Assembly: GCF_029255125.1 (NCBI RefSeq)
Contig: NZ_JAPUVR010000098.1
Coordinates: 6,927 to 70,926, forward strand
Direction: 5' to 3'
Length of the DNA stretch: 64,000 bases
Origin: Accumulibacter sp.
Lineage (GTDB): Bacteria; Pseudomonadota; Gammaproteobacteria; Burkholderiales; Rhodocyclaceae
Below are positions 48,626-58,817 of the stretch, one piece after another. The position numbers and the translations under genes are program-made. The notes under the pieces were generated by a model that was given only the letters and a program-made list of their open reading frames with translations, was not told where the DNA came from and searched no databases. Each line of letters opens with the position of its first letter. Positions within the stretch are counted from its first letter, which is position 1.

Positions 48626-50341
48626 ATGGCAGCCAACCCACAATCAGTGCCGCTCAGCGGCCTCGCTCGCGCGCTCGTTCAGGCGGAACGGCTCAAGGAA
48701 GCCGAGGCCGAGGCCATGCTTGCGCAGGCAGCCGCGACAAGAACATCGCTGATCGAACAGATCGTCCTCGCCAAGAAGGCCACCTTCCTCGAGGTCGCCC
48801 GCTTTGCCGCCGACAAGTTCGGCTATCCGCTACTCGATCTGGCCGCCTTCGACGACGCCCTGATCCAGCGCAACGCCATCGACCGCAAGCTGATCGCTTC
48901 GCACCGCGTCGTACCGCTGCACAAGCGCGGCAACCGTCTGGCAATCGCGATCGCCGATCCGACCAACCTGCGCGCGCTCGATGAGGTTCGCTTTCAGACC
49001 GGACTGGCGGTCGATCCGGTCGTCGTCGAAGACAACAAGCTGTCGCCGCTCGTCGCCAAGCTCTCGGAGTCGGTCGAGGAAACGCTCAAGAGCCTGAGCA
49101 ACGACGACATCAATCTCGAGTTCACCGACGAACAGAGCCAGGACAAGACCGACGAAGCCTCCAGCATGGAGGTTGACGACGCGCCAGTGGTTCGCTTCAT
49201 CCAGAAGATGCTACTCGATGCGATTAACGAGGGTGCGTCGGACATCCACTTCGAACCTTACGAGAAGAGCTACCGGATCCGTTTCCGCAGCGACGGAATC
49301 CTGCGTGAGGTCGCCTCGCCACCGCTCGTCATCAAGGACAAGATTGCCTCGCGCATCAAGGTCATCTCGCGCCTGAACATCGCCGAGAAGCGGGTTCCAC
49401 AGGATGGCCGGATGCGCCTGGTGCTTTCTAAGAGCAGGTCGATCGACTTTCGCGTCAGTACCTTGCCGACGATGTACGGCGAGAAGATCGTCCTGCGGAT
49501 TCTCGACCCGGGCAGCGCGACCCTGGGCATCGACGCGCTGGGCTACGAACCCGCCCAGAAGGCGACGTTGCTCGACGCCATCCACCGGCCCTACGGAATG
49601 ATCCTGGTGACCGGACCCACCGGATCGGGAAAGACCGTCTCGCTCTATACCTGCCTGAACATACTCAACCAACCGGGAGTGAACATTGCCACGGCGGAAG
49701 ACCCAGCCGAAATTCCGCTGCCGGGAATCAACCAGGTGAACGTCGACGACCGGGCTGGCCTGACCTTTCCGATCGCGCTCAAGGCGTTTCTTCGCCAGGA
49801 CCCGGACATCATCATGGTCGGCGAGATTCGCGACATCGAAACGGCCGAAATAGCGATCAAGGCGGCACAGACCGGCCACCTGGTTCTGTCAACGCTGCAC
49901 ACGAACGATGCACCAGCGACCCTCACCCGCCTGATGAACATGGGGATACCGACGTTCAACCTCGCCTCGAGCATCCTCCTGATCACGGCACAAAGGCTGG
50001 TTCGTCGTCTGTGCACCTGCCGCAAGCCGATCGAAGCCCCGGTACAGACGCTGCTCAATGCCGGTTTTACCGAGGCTGATCTCGACGGAAGCTGGGTTCT
50101 CTATGGCCCGGGCGAGTGCGAGCGCTGCAAGGGTAGCGGCTACAAGGGACGTGTCGGGCTCTACGAGGTGATGCCGGTGACTGAGGCCATCCAGCGGATT
50201 ATCATGGCCAACGGAACCGAACTGGACATCGCCATCCAGGCGAGGAAGGAAGGCGTCAACGACCTGCGTCGCTCCGGACTGCTCAAGGTCATGCAGGGGC
50301 TCACCTCGCTCGACGAGGTTCTCGGCAGCACCAACGCTTGA
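48626..50341 (+). CDS. pilB: Type IV-A pilus assembly ATPase
   Basis: ASDIHFEP, Walker A GPTGSGKT, RQDPDIIMVGEIRD, TLHTND, zinc Cys motifs. Confidence 0.96.
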   Translation: MAANPQSVPLSGLARALVQAERLKEAEAEAMLAQAAATRTSLIEQIVLAKKATFLEVARFAADKFGYPLLDLAAFDDALIQRNAIDRKLIASHRVVPLHKRGNRLAIAIADPTNLRALDEVRFQTGLAVDPVVVEDNKLSPLVAKLSESVEETLKSLSNDDINLEFTDEQSQDKTDEASSMEVDDAPVVRFIQKMLLDAINEGASDIHFEPYEKSYRIRFRSDGILREVASPPLVIKDKIASRIKVISRLNIAEKRVPQDGRMRLVLSKSRSIDFRVSTLPTMYGEKIVLRILDPGSATLGIDALGYEPAQKATLLDAIHRPYGMILVTGPTGSGKTVSLYTCLNILNQPGVNIATAEDPAEIPLPGINQVNVDDRAGLTFPIALKAFLRQDPDIIMVGEIRDIETAEIAIKAAQTGHLVLSTLHTNDAPATLTRLMNMGIPTFNLASSILLITAQRLVRRLCTCRKPIEAPVQTLLNAGFTEADLDGSWVLYGPGECERCKGSGYKGRVGLYEVMPVTEAIQRIIMANGTELDIAIQARKEGVNDLRRSGLLKVMQGLTSLDEVLGSTNA

Positions 50342-50354
50342 AGAAGAGGGAACA

Positions 50355-51596
50355 ATGGCGACCGCAGCAAAACCCACCAGCAAGAACCCGCCCGAGGTCA
50401 AGCAGTTTGTTTTTCTTTGGGAAGGGAAGAACAAGGCCGGCAAGATCGTGCGCGGCGAACAACGGGCCACCAGCGAAACCGTCGTGCAGGCGACGCTAAG
50501 ACGTCAGGGCATCCTGGTCAACAAGATCTCGAAGCAGCGCTTCCGCGGTGGAAACAAAATCTCCGAGAAGGACATCACGCTGTTTACGCGACAGTTGGCG
50601 ACGATGATGAAGGCCGGTGTCCCTTTGCTGCAGACCTTCGAAATCGTCGGCCGCGGCCACGAGAACCCAGCGGTCGGCAAGTTGTTGCTCGACATCAAGG
50701 CGGATGTTGAGACGGGTAGTTCGCTCTCCCAGGCGTTCCGCAAGTATCCCCTGCATTTCGACCCCTTGTACTGCAACCTGGTCGCCGCTGGCGAACAGGC
50801 CGGCATCCTCGAGACGCTGCTCGACCGGCTCGCCACCTACAAGGAAAAGATGCTCGGGATCAAGGCCAAGATCAAGGGAGCGCTGTTTTATCCGGTGTCG
50901 ATCATCATCGTCGCCTTCGTCATCACCGCGGTGATCATGACTTTGGTCATCCCCGCCTTCAAGGAGGTTTTCAAGAGCTTCGGCGCCGACTTGCCGACCC
51001 CGACGATGGTTGTGATTGGCATGTCGGATTTCGTCGTTGAGTATGGGTGGGTCCTGGCCATCGGTATCGTCGGAGCGATCTATGGCTTCATCTATACCTG
51101 GAAAAGGTCGGAGGCAATGCAGATCGCCTTCGACCGCCTGTTCCTGCGCTTGCCGGTATTTGGCGACATCATCCGAAAAGCCGTGATCGCCCGCTGGACA
51201 CGGACATTGGCGACCATGTTCGCCGCCGGCGTACCGCTCGTCGAGTCGCTCGAGTCGGTCGGCGGGGCGGCCGGAAACTACGTCTATAAGGCCGCCAGCA
51301 AGCAGATTCAGAGCGAGGTCAATACCGGAACCAGCCTGACCTCGTCGATGCAGAATACCGCCCTCTTCCCTAACATGGTGACACAGATGGTCGCCATCGG
51401 CGAGGAATCCGGCGCGCTCGATTCGATGCTCGGGAAAGTGGCTGATTTCTTCGAGGCCGAGGTGGACGATGCGGTGGCAGCGCTCTCCAGCCTGATGGAA
51501 CCGATGATCATGGTCGTCCTCGGTGTGCTCATCGGCGGCATGGTGATCGCCATGTATCTGCCGATTTTCAAGCTGGGGGCGGTCGTCGGCGGATAA
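50355..51596 (+). CDS. pilC: Type IV pilus platform protein (GspF family)
   Basis: FTRQLATMMKAGVPL, AAGEQAGIL, GEESGALDSML, AMYLPIF. Confidence 0.95.
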   Translation: MATAAKPTSKNPPEVKQFVFLWEGKNKAGKIVRGEQRATSETVVQATLRRQGILVNKISKQRFRGGNKISEKDITLFTRQLATMMKAGVPLLQTFEIVGRGHENPAVGKLLLDIKADVETGSSLSQAFRKYPLHFDPLYCNLVAAGEQAGILETLLDRLATYKEKMLGIKAKIKGALFYPVSIIIVAFVITAVIMTLVIPAFKEVFKSFGADLPTPTMVVIGMSDFVVEYGWVLAIGIVGAIYGFIYTWKRSEAMQIAFDRLFLRLPVFGDIIRKAVIARWTRTLATMFAAGVPLVESLESVGGAAGNYVYKAASKQIQSEVNTGTSLTSSMQNTALFPNMVTQMVAIGEESGALDSMLGKVADFFEAEVDDAVAALSSLMEPMIMVVLGVLIGGMVIAMYLPIFKLGAVVGG

Positions 51597-52456
51597 TGGA
51601 GGTGCTTGCGACCATCGACGCCTACCCGGGGCTGTTCATTCTCTTCTGCGGCTTTTTCGGGATTGTCGTCGGAAGTTTTCTCAACGTCGTAATCTACCGC
51701 CTGCCACGCATGATGGAACGTGAGTGGCAATTGCATTGCGCCGAACTGCGGGGCGAGGCACCACCGCCGGGGGAAGCGATCTCGCTCGCCAGACCACGTT
51801 CGCGCTGCCCGGCCTGCGGGCACGCGATCAGCATCCTGGAAAATGTTCCCTTGCTCAGCTGGCTGGTCTTGCGCGGCCGCTGCGCGGCCTGTGCCGCACC
51901 GATATCGGCCCGCTATCCTCTGGTCGAAGCGGGCAGCGGACTCGCTTGCGCCTACACGGCGCTGCACTTTGGCTTCGCCTGGACGACAGCCGGCGCCATG
52001 CTGCTCATCTGGTGCCTGCTCGCGCTGACCTGCATCGACCTCGACAAACAGGTGCTGCCCGATCTGATCACCCTGCCGCTACTCTGGGCCGGGCTGATCT
52101 TCAACATCTTTGCCAGCTTCACCGACCTGCAGTCGGCGGTGATCGGGGCCATCACCGGTTATCTCTCGCTCTGGCTGGTGTATTGGGCCTTCAAACTGAC
52201 GACCGGCAAGGAAGGGATGGGCTACGGCGACTTCAAGCTGCTGGCGGCGCTCGGCGCGTGGCTCGGCTGGCAGGTTCTGCCCCTGACTATCCTCCTGTCG
52301 TCGCTGCTTGGCGCAGTGGTCGGCGTAAGCTTGATCGTGCTGGCCAAACGCGGACGGAACGTGCCGATTCCGTTCGGCCCTTATCTGGCTGCCGCCGGGA
52401 TCGTCGCCCTGTTCTGGGGCAAGCCGCTGACGCGCGCCTACATCGGCTTGCTCTAG
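51596..52456 (+). CDS. pilD: Prepilin peptidase
   Basis: GSFLNVVIYRLP, RSRCPACG, GRCAAC, IDLDKQVLPD, GMGYGDFKL, PFGPYL. Confidence 0.96.
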   Translation: MEVLATIDAYPGLFILFCGFFGIVVGSFLNVVIYRLPRMMEREWQLHCAELRGEAPPPGEAISLARPRSRCPACGHAISILENVPLLSWLVLRGRCAACAAPISARYPLVEAGSGLACAYTALHFGFAWTTAGAMLLIWCLLALTCIDLDKQVLPDLITLPLLWAGLIFNIFASFTDLQSAVIGAITGYLSLWLVYWAFKLTTGKEGMGYGDFKLLAALGAWLGWQVLPLTILLSSLLGAVVGVSLIVLAKRGRNVPIPFGPYLAAAGIVALFWGKPLTRAYIGLL

Positions 52457-52551
52457 CAGCCGTCGACGCGGGTCGCCGGGGACCGCCGCGCCTGACCGAC
52501 GCGCGCTTGACGTATAATTCGCTCATTCTCCGTGATGTCTGAGGGTTGCCC

Positions 52552-52836
52552 ATGCCGATTTATGCATACCGCTGCTCTGCCTGCGGCTTCGAGAAGGATC
52601 ACCTGCAAAAGCTCAACGACCCGGAATTGCGCATCTGCCCGCATTGCGTTCAGGCCACCTACAACAAGCAGGTGACTGCGGCCGGCTTCCAGTTGAAGGG
52701 CAGCGGCTGGTACGTCACCGATTTCAAGGGTGGCAACAAACCACCGGCGGCCGTCACCGAAAAACCGGAAAAGGTCGACACACCCGCCGCTGAAAGCGTC
52801 GGCGCAGCCGAAAGCGGTACGTGCACGGCCAGTTGA
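52552..52836 (+). CDS. FmdB family zinc-ribbon protein
   Basis: MPIYAYRCSACG..CPHC..GFQLKGSGWYVTDF. Confidence 0.92.
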   Translation: MPIYAYRCSACGFEKDHLQKLNDPELRICPHCVQATYNKQVTAAGFQLKGSGWYVTDFKGGNKPPAAVTEKPEKVDTPAAESVGAAESGTCTAS

Positions 52837-53468
52837 TCAAGCGCTACTTTCTTACCGGGCTGCTGATCTGGGTTCCCCTGGCGATCACCGCCTGGGTGCT
52901 CGTGCTGATCGTCGGCACGATGGACCAGTCGCTGCACCTGCTGCCGGCAGCCATCCACCCGCGCAATCTGCTCGGCTTCGACCTGCCGGGGGTCGGTGCT
53001 GTGCTCACCCTGCTGATCATCGTGCTTACCGGTCTGCTCGCGACGAATTTCATCGGGCAGCGCCTGGTCATCTGGTGGGAGCGGCTGCTCGCCAGAATCC
53101 CCGTCGTCAATTCGATCTACACCAGCGTCAAGCAGGTTTCGGATACGCTCTTCTCGTCGTCCGGCAACGCGTTTCGCAAGGCGCTGCTAATCGAGTATCC
53201 GCGGCGCGGCGCGTGGACGATCGCCTTTCTCACCGGCAAGCCAGGCCGCGATGTCCTGCAACACCTCGACGGCGACTTCGTCAGCGTCTACGTGCCGACG
53301 ACCCCCAACCCGACGTCGGGTTTCTTCCTGATGATCGCCAAGGCGGACGTGATTGAACTCGACATGAGCGTCGATACGGCGCTCAAGTACGTCATTTCGA
53401 TGGGCGTCGTCGCCCCTCCGCCGGCACCGGCCAGCGATCGCCCCGGCCGACGGAGTTCCGTCGCCTGA
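52821..53468 (+). CDS. DUF502 domain membrane protein
   Basis: [35 protein letters not shown]; usual position before aspS. Confidence 0.9.
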   Translation: MHGQLIKRYFLTGLLIWVPLAITAWVLVLIVGTMDQSLHLLPAAIHPRNLLGFDLPGVGAVLTLLIIVLTGLLATNFIGQRLVIWWERLLARIPVVNSIYTSVKQVSDTLFSSSGNAFRKALLIEYPRRGAWTIAFLTGKPGRDVLQHLDGDFVSVYVPTTPNPTSGFFLMIAKADVIELDMSVDTALKYVISMGVVAPPPAPASDRPGRRSSVA

Positions 53469-53490
53469 CCCTATTACCGCGGACACAGGT

Positions 53491-55293
53491 ATGCGCACTC
53501 ATTATTGCGGACAAGTGAACGGCCGTCTGATCGGCCAACAGATCACGCTTTGCGGCTGGGCTCACCGGCGGCGCGACCACGGTGGTGTCATCTTCATTGA
53601 CTTGCGCGACCGGGAAGGTCTGGCTCAAATCGTCTGCGACCCAGACCGGCCGCAGATGTTCAGGACAGCCGAAGTCGTGCGCAGCGAGTTCTGCCTGAAG
53701 GTCGTCGGCCAGGTGCGCGCCCGCCCGGACGGCACGGTGAACCGCAACATCGCGAGCGGCGAGGTGGAAATTCTCTGCCACGAGATCGAGGTGCTCAATC
53801 CCTCGCTGACCCCGCCTTTCCAGCTCGACGAGGACAATCTGGCGGAAAACACGCGCCTGCTGCACCGGGTGCTCGACCTGCGCCGACTGCAGATGCAGCG
53901 CAATCTGCAGTTGCGCTACCGCACGGCACGCGCTTTCCGCCGCTTTCTCGACGAGGCCGGCTTCATCGACATCGAAACGCCGATGTTGACGAAGAGCACG
54001 CCGGAAGGTGCGCGCGATTACCTGGTTCCGTCGCGGGTGCATCCCGGGTATTTCTTTGCCCTGCCGCAGTCGCCGCAGCTCTTCAAGCAGTTACTGATGA
54101 TCGCCGGCTTTGACCGCTACTATCAGATTACCAAGTGTTTTCGCGACGAAGACCTGCGCGCCGACCGGCAGCCCGAGTTTACCCAGGTGGACATCGAGAC
54201 CTCGTTCATGCACGAAAGCGAGATCATCGGGCTGATGGAGGAACTGATCCGCTCGGTCTTCGCCGAGGTGATCGATGTCCAGTTGCCGAATCCGTTCCCG
54301 CGCCTGAGCTATGACGAGGCAATGGCGCGTTACGGTTCGGACAAGCCCGACCTGCGCGTGACGCTCGAACTGGTTGAGGTGACCGATGTTTTGCGCGATG
54401 TCGCGTTCAAGGTATTCGCCAACGTGGCCAACAGCGCGGGCGGGCGGGTCGCCGCGCTGCGGGTTCCGGGCGGAGCCAGCCTGACACGCAGCGAGATCGA
54501 CGCCTATACGCAATTCGTCGGCATCTACGGTGCGCGCGGCCTGGCCTACATCAAGGTCAACGATGTCGGACAAGTGAACGAGCAGAGCCTGCAGTCGCCG
54601 ATCGTCAAGAATCTGCATGCGGCAGCACTGCAGGCGATACTCGAGCGCACCGGCGCGCAATCGGGTGACCTTATCTTTTTCGGTGCGGACAAACGTAAGG
54701 TGGTCAACGACGCCCTCGGCGCTCTGCGCGTCAAGATCGGTCACGAGAAAGCTTTCCTCAATGGGCAGGCCTGGGAACCGGTATGGATCGTCGATTTCCC
54801 GATGTTCGAATACGACGAAGACGAGAAGCGCTGGAATGCCTGCCACCACCCTTTCACCAGTCCGAAGGACGAACACCTGGAGTTGCTCGACAGCGATCCT
54901 GGCAAGTGCCTGGCCAAGGCCTACGACCTCGCCTTGAACGGCAGCGAACTGGGCGGCGGCTCCGTCCGCATCCATCGTTCAAGCGTCCAGGAGAGCGTTT
55001 TCAAGGCACTCGGCATCGGCGACGAAGAGGCGCGCAGCAAATTCGGATTCCTGCTCGACGCCCTCAAGTACGGCGCTCCGCCACACGGTGGCCTGGCCTT
55101 CGGGCTTGACCGGATCGTCACGATGATGGCCGGCGCCGAGTCGATCCGCGACGTGATCGCCTTCCCGAAGACGCAACGCGCGCAGTGCCTGTTGACCGAT
55201 GCGCCGAGCGCGGTAGACGAGAAGCAGTTACGCGAGCTGCATATTCGCCTGCGCCAGAAGATCGAAACGCAAGTCGACGTCGGCCGGAGCTGA
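53491..55293 (+). CDS. aspS: Aspartate-tRNA ligase, probably non-discriminating (Asp/Asn)
   Basis: MRTHYCG, RRRDHGG (His typical of non-discriminating enzymes), [33 protein letters not shown]. Confidence 0.97.
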   Translation: MRTHYCGQVNGRLIGQQITLCGWAHRRRDHGGVIFIDLRDREGLAQIVCDPDRPQMFRTAEVVRSEFCLKVVGQVRARPDGTVNRNIASGEVEILCHEIEVLNPSLTPPFQLDEDNLAENTRLLHRVLDLRRLQMQRNLQLRYRTARAFRRFLDEAGFIDIETPMLTKSTPEGARDYLVPSRVHPGYFFALPQSPQLFKQLLMIAGFDRYYQITKCFRDEDLRADRQPEFTQVDIETSFMHESEIIGLMEELIRSVFAEVIDVQLPNPFPRLSYDEAMARYGSDKPDLRVTLELVEVTDVLRDVAFKVFANVANSAGGRVAALRVPGGASLTRSEIDAYTQFVGIYGARGLAYIKVNDVGQVNEQSLQSPIVKNLHAAALQAILERTGAQSGDLIFFGADKRKVVNDALGALRVKIGHEKAFLNGQAWEPVWIVDFPMFEYDEDEKRWNACHHPFTSPKDEHLELLDSDPGKCLAKAYDLALNGSELGGGSVRIHRSSVQESVFKALGIGDEEARSKFGFLLDALKYGAPPHGGLAFGLDRIVTMMAGAESIRDVIAFPKTQRAQCLLTDAPSAVDEKQLRELHIRLRQKIETQVDVGRS

Positions 55294-55299
55294 ATCGCC

Positions 55300-55689
55300 A
55301 TGCTGGAAGTCGCCGCCTTCTGTCGCTCGATCGTGCTCGCCGCTTTTCTCGGCCTGTTCGCCCTCGCTTCGCCGGCGTACGCACGCGGCGCGGACGCGCT
55401 GCCAAGCGTTCTCTACACCGACCTGCCGCCCGAGGCACAGGCCACCTTGCGCCTGATCGAACAGGGTGGCCCGTTTCCTTACCCGCGCAAGGATGGCAGC
55501 GTTTTCGGGAACTTCGAGCGACGCCTGCCACTACAGGCGCGGGGCTATTACCGCGAGTACACGGTGACTACGCCGGGCCGACGCGATCGTGGCGCGCGCC
55601 GGATCGTTGCCGGCCAGATCGCACGCGGCGAGTACTACTACACCGATGACCACTACCGCAGCTTCCGACGCATTCGCGAACGCCCATGA
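55300..55689 (+). CDS. Secreted guanyl-specific ribonuclease (N1/T1/barnase/RNase Sa-like)
   Basis: Signal peptide; LPPEA, GGPFPY..DG..FGNFERRLP, YYREYTV, RRIV, YYTDDHY. Confidence 0.92.
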   Translation: MLEVAAFCRSIVLAAFLGLFALASPAYARGADALPSVLYTDLPPEAQATLRLIEQGGPFPYPRKDGSVFGNFERRLPLQARGYYREYTVTTPGRRDRGARRIVAGQIARGEYYYTDDHYRSFRRIRERP

Positions 55690-56129
55690 CACACACCAGG
55701 CTGCAAGAACTGCTCGAAGACGCCACACAAACCGGCATCTTCCACCTTCCCGAAAGTGGCCGCACAGCGGTACGCCATGCCGCCGAAGCCGCCGGCATGG
55801 TCTGCTTCGAAGTCAGTTTCGCCGACTTGACGCAAATCGATGCTATCCTCAGCGGGCTCGGGCGCGACCTTGATTTTCCGGAATGGTATGGCAAGAACTT
55901 CGACGCCTTGAAGGACTGCCTGACCGACTTCTCGTGGTGCGAAGCAGCGGGCTATGTGCTGATCATTGCGCACGCGGAAGCGCTGCAACGCGAGAACCCT
56001 GATCGATTCCACACCCTGAACCAGGTGTTCACCGCGGCAATCGAAGAATGGCGCGAGCATGACTTCCCGATGTGGATCTTTTACGATCTGCGCACGAACG
56101 GGCTGGCGACGCTTCCGACGCTGACGTGA
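55686..56129 (+). CDS. Barstar family ribonuclease inhibitor
   Basis: LDFPEWYGKNFDALKDCLTD; ATGA overlap with the RNase gene. Confidence 0.9.
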   Translation: MTHTRLQELLEDATQTGIFHLPESGRTAVRHAAEAAGMVCFEVSFADLTQIDAILSGLGRDLDFPEWYGKNFDALKDCLTDFSWCEAAGYVLIIAHAEALQRENPDRFHTLNQVFTAAIEEWREHDFPMWIFYDLRTNGLATLPTLT

Positions 56130-56581
56130 CGACGTACAAACGGCCAGTTTCGGTACTCGTCGTGATTCACACGCCAGACCTGCAGGTGCTGCTGCTCGAG
56201 CGCGCGGCACACGCCGGATATTGGCAATCGGTCACCGGCAGCCAGGAAGCCGGCGAAACCTTGCTCCAGACGGCACAGCGTGAAATCGCCGAGGAAACCG
56301 GCATCGATGCCGATCCGGCGGCTCTGCTCGATTGGCAGTTCACCAACACCTACGAAATCTTCGCCGAGTGGCGACAGCGCTATGCGCCGGGCGTGACGCA
56401 CAACATCGAACACGTGTTCTCGCTCGAGTTGCCGGCCGTCCAGCCCATCCGGCTGGCGCTCGCCGAGCACCGCGCTTACCGCTGGCTGGCGCAGCGCGAG
56501 GCTGCAGACAAGTGTTTTTCGTGGAGCAACCGTGACGCCATCCTCATGCTGAACGAGCGGCGTCGTCGTTCTCCCGACTAG
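56126..56581 (+). CDS. nudB: Dihydroneopterin triphosphate diphosphatase (Nudix)
   Basis: YKRPVSVLVV, WQSVTGS, Nudix box AQREIAEETG, NIEHVF, FSWSN; GTG overlaps the barstar stop. Confidence 0.93.
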   Translation: MTTYKRPVSVLVVIHTPDLQVLLLERAAHAGYWQSVTGSQEAGETLLQTAQREIAEETGIDADPAALLDWQFTNTYEIFAEWRQRYAPGVTHNIEHVFSLELPAVQPIRLALAEHRAYRWLAQREAADKCFSWSNRDAILMLNERRRRSPD

Positions 56582-56747
56582 ACTTCTCGGTCAGGCAGTC
56601 CGGGCAGTAACAACTGCCGCCGGGCAGCGGGGCAAGCGCCAATGGCGGTCGCTGCATGCACCAGCACGACACCAGACCAGCGGCAGCGCCACACACGAAG
56701 CTTGCGCCGCAGGCGCTACAGATGCTGCGCAGTACTTCTTCCGACAC
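56544..56747 (-). CDS. Cysteine-rich CWC family small protein (8 Cys)
   Basis: CSACGASFVCG..CWC..CYCPDCL; RBS AAGGAA before GTG, 23 nt after the DUF2063 stop. Confidence 0.75.
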   Translation of the reverse strand: MSEEVLRSICSACGASFVCGAAAGLVSCWCMQRPPLALAPLPGGSCYCPDCLTEKSSRENDDAARSA

Positions 56748-56770
56748 GACCCGATTCCTTTCCTTTGCGT

Positions 56771-57535
56771 TCAATCGCGCGCCAGCAGACCCTCGTCCAG
56801 CCACTGCCCGAGAACAGCGACGACGCTGTGCACAGCCGCCGCATCGCCGTCCTCGGCGAGCAGCGAACAGCATTCGGCAAACGTGGCACCATCGGCCAAG
56901 GCACGCAAGGCAGCGCCTTCCCGATTATCCGCCGATCGCCATAAACAGTCGAGCTTGCGGCGCCAGACGAGCAGCGTGTGCGCCAAGCGCTGCGGCGCCT
57001 CGGTGGCCACCCCCGGATCGTTGTTGAGCGCATGCCAGACGGGTTCGACGCGCCATTCGAGATCGACCATCTGCAGCGACGGCACCAACCGGTAGCGCCG
57101 GTTGGGCCACTCCTCCGGTGCCAGTGCGATGAGTTCGTGACGCGTCAGGCACGGCGCATCGGCGGCGTCGAAAGCCGCCCGCATCGCCCAGTCCATGCGC
57201 GCCAGGTCGACCAGAGCCGGATGCGGCAATGGCTCGCTGGTGCGGCTCAGGTCGTCGACGAGCGAATCGCCAAACCAGCGGATAGAGCGCTGGCGCGAAG
57301 GATGCGCGTCGATGTAGGCGCTCGCCAGCGCGGCAAAGGCATCGTCGCCAAGCGCACGCAACAGAACCGGAAAGTTGTCGCGCAAAGCGGCCGTCAGACG
57401 GGCGCGGTAGGCCGCACGATAGACATCCAGGCCGCGCGCGGATCGTTGCGCCGCACCAGCGAGCAGGTCAGACGCCGAAGCGTCGACCAGAATGGCCGCC
57501 TGCAAGCCGTTTTCGATCGTCGCGAGCGAATTCAT
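56771..57535 (-). CDS. DUF2063-family MNIO partner protein (BufC/HvfC-like)
   Basis: [27 protein letters not shown]; [10 protein letters not shown]; overlaps the DUF692 stop (ATGA). Confidence 0.85.
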   Translation of the reverse strand: MNSLATIENGLQAAILVDASASDLLAGAAQRSARGLDVYRAAYRARLTAALRDNFPVLLRALGDDAFAALASAYIDAHPSRQRSIRWFGDSLVDDLSRTSEPLPHPALVDLARMDWAMRAAFDAADAPCLTRHELIALAPEEWPNRRYRLVPSLQMVDLEWRVEPVWHALNNDPGVATEAPQRLAHTLLVWRRKLDCLWRSADNREGAALRALADGATFAECCSLLAEDGDAAAVHSVVAVLGQWLDEGLLARD

Positions 57536-58371
57536 CGCGCCAGCTCCCTTTGCCCCAGACTGCGCTCGGCAAGCTCGCGCGCACACGCCAGCTCACCGAT
57601 CAGCAGCGCGAGCGGCGGAATGTTGTCGTCACGCTCGATCATCGTCGGCACCGCTCCGATCCGTCTGAGCGCGTAGGCATAGAGATCCCAGACCGCCTGG
57701 CATACCGGCTGATCGTGTGTATCGATCAGGATGTCAGGGTGCGTTTCGTGCCCGGCCAGGTGGATCTGACGTACGGCTGCCGGCGGTATCGCATCGATGA
57801 ACGTGCGTGCGTCGAAACCGTGATTGATGCTGCTCACATAGACATTGTTGATGTCGAGCAGTAGTTGGCAATCCGTGCGCGCGACCAGTTGGCCGATGAA
57901 CTCCCATTCGCTCATCTCGTCGGCAGTGAACGAAACGTAGCTCGAAACATTTTCCAGGACGAGCCGGCGGCGAAGAAATTCCTGCACCTGATCGACGCGT
58001 GCCGTCAGGTGCCGCAGCGCCTCCGCCGTGTACGGCAGGGGCAGCAGGTCGTGCAGGTTCACCCCGGCAACCCCGGTCCAGCACAAGTGATCGGATACCC
58101 AGGCCGGTTCCAGCCGCTCGACCAGCGCCTTGAGCTGTCCCAGATAGGCCGGATCGAGCGCGTCGAGGCTGCCGATCGACAGCGAGACACCATGCATCAC
58201 CATCGGATAATCGCGCCGAATCTGCTCGACGAAATGGAGCGGCTTGCCGCCCGCCACCATATAGTTCTCGGAGATGATCTCCAGCCAGTCGACCGGCTGC
58301 CTGGCGGCGATGAAATCGCCATAATGATCGGTGCGCAGGCCGAGACCGAACCCGGCAATCGCTTCGCTCAA
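57532..58371 (-). CDS. DUF692 multinuclear non-heme iron oxidative enzyme (MNIO; BufB/HvfB/MbnB family)
   Basis: [68 protein letters not shown]; RBS GAGGAG before TTG 58371. Confidence 0.93.
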   Translation of the reverse strand: MSEAIAGFGLGLRTDHYGDFIAARQPVDWLEIISENYMVAGGKPLHFVEQIRRDYPMVMHGVSLSIGSLDALDPAYLGQLKALVERLEPAWVSDHLCWTGVAGVNLHDLLPLPYTAEALRHLTARVDQVQEFLRRRLVLENVSSYVSFTADEMSEWEFIGQLVARTDCQLLLDINNVYVSSINHGFDARTFIDAIPPAAVRQIHLAGHETHPDILIDTHDQPVCQAVWDLYAYALRRIGAVPTMIERDDNIPPLALLIGELACARELAERSLGQRELAR

Positions 58372-58404
58372 GACAAACTCCTCGCCAAATTCCGTGCGCA
58401 CACG

Positions 58405-58436
58405 ATGGTCGCCCGAAGTTCTCGCCGGGCGACCAT
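58405..58436. other. Perfect 11-bp stem-loop between RiPP precursor and DUF692 genes
   Basis: ATGGTCGCCCG-N10-CGGGCGACCAT. Confidence 0.75.
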
Positions 58437-58483
58437 GGCGTGCCGACTCACACTAGCTTGACCTGCTGATCTTGCTTGACGAC

Positions 58484-58744
58484 TTACTTGACGACCTTGC
58501 CACCGGCGTCAGTACATTCCTTGGCGCTGCCCTTGTTGACCCAGCCCTGGCCCTTACACGCATTCATTCCCTTGCACTCGCTCTTAGCCGTCTTGCATTC
58601 CGACTGGCCCTTGCAGGCGTTGATCCCGGCACAGTGAACGGCCGCGCTCTCGGCTGCGCTAACGCTCGGTACGACCAGCGTTCCGGCGGCAAAAAGGGCG
58701 GCGGCAGCGGTCGCGATGGCAACACCAGACATTTTGTTCGACAT
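58484..58744 (-). CDS. Secreted 6-Cys RiPP precursor (bufferin BufA2-like metallophore)
   Basis: Sec signal peptide ending VSAA; internal repeat CAGINACKGQS / CKGMNACKGQG; RBS GAGGAG; immediately upstream of DUF692-DUF2063. Confidence 0.85.
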   Translation of the reverse strand: MSNKMSGVAIATAAAALFAAGTLVVPSVSAAESAAVHCAGINACKGQSECKTAKSECKGMNACKGQGWVNKGSAKECTDAGGKVVK

Positions 58745-58817
58745 GAGTTTCTCCTCGTAGTGTGGGGTGGAAGACGCCGAAGTCCGCAGCGAGCGGCGAG
58801 ACCTCCGACACTGCTTA

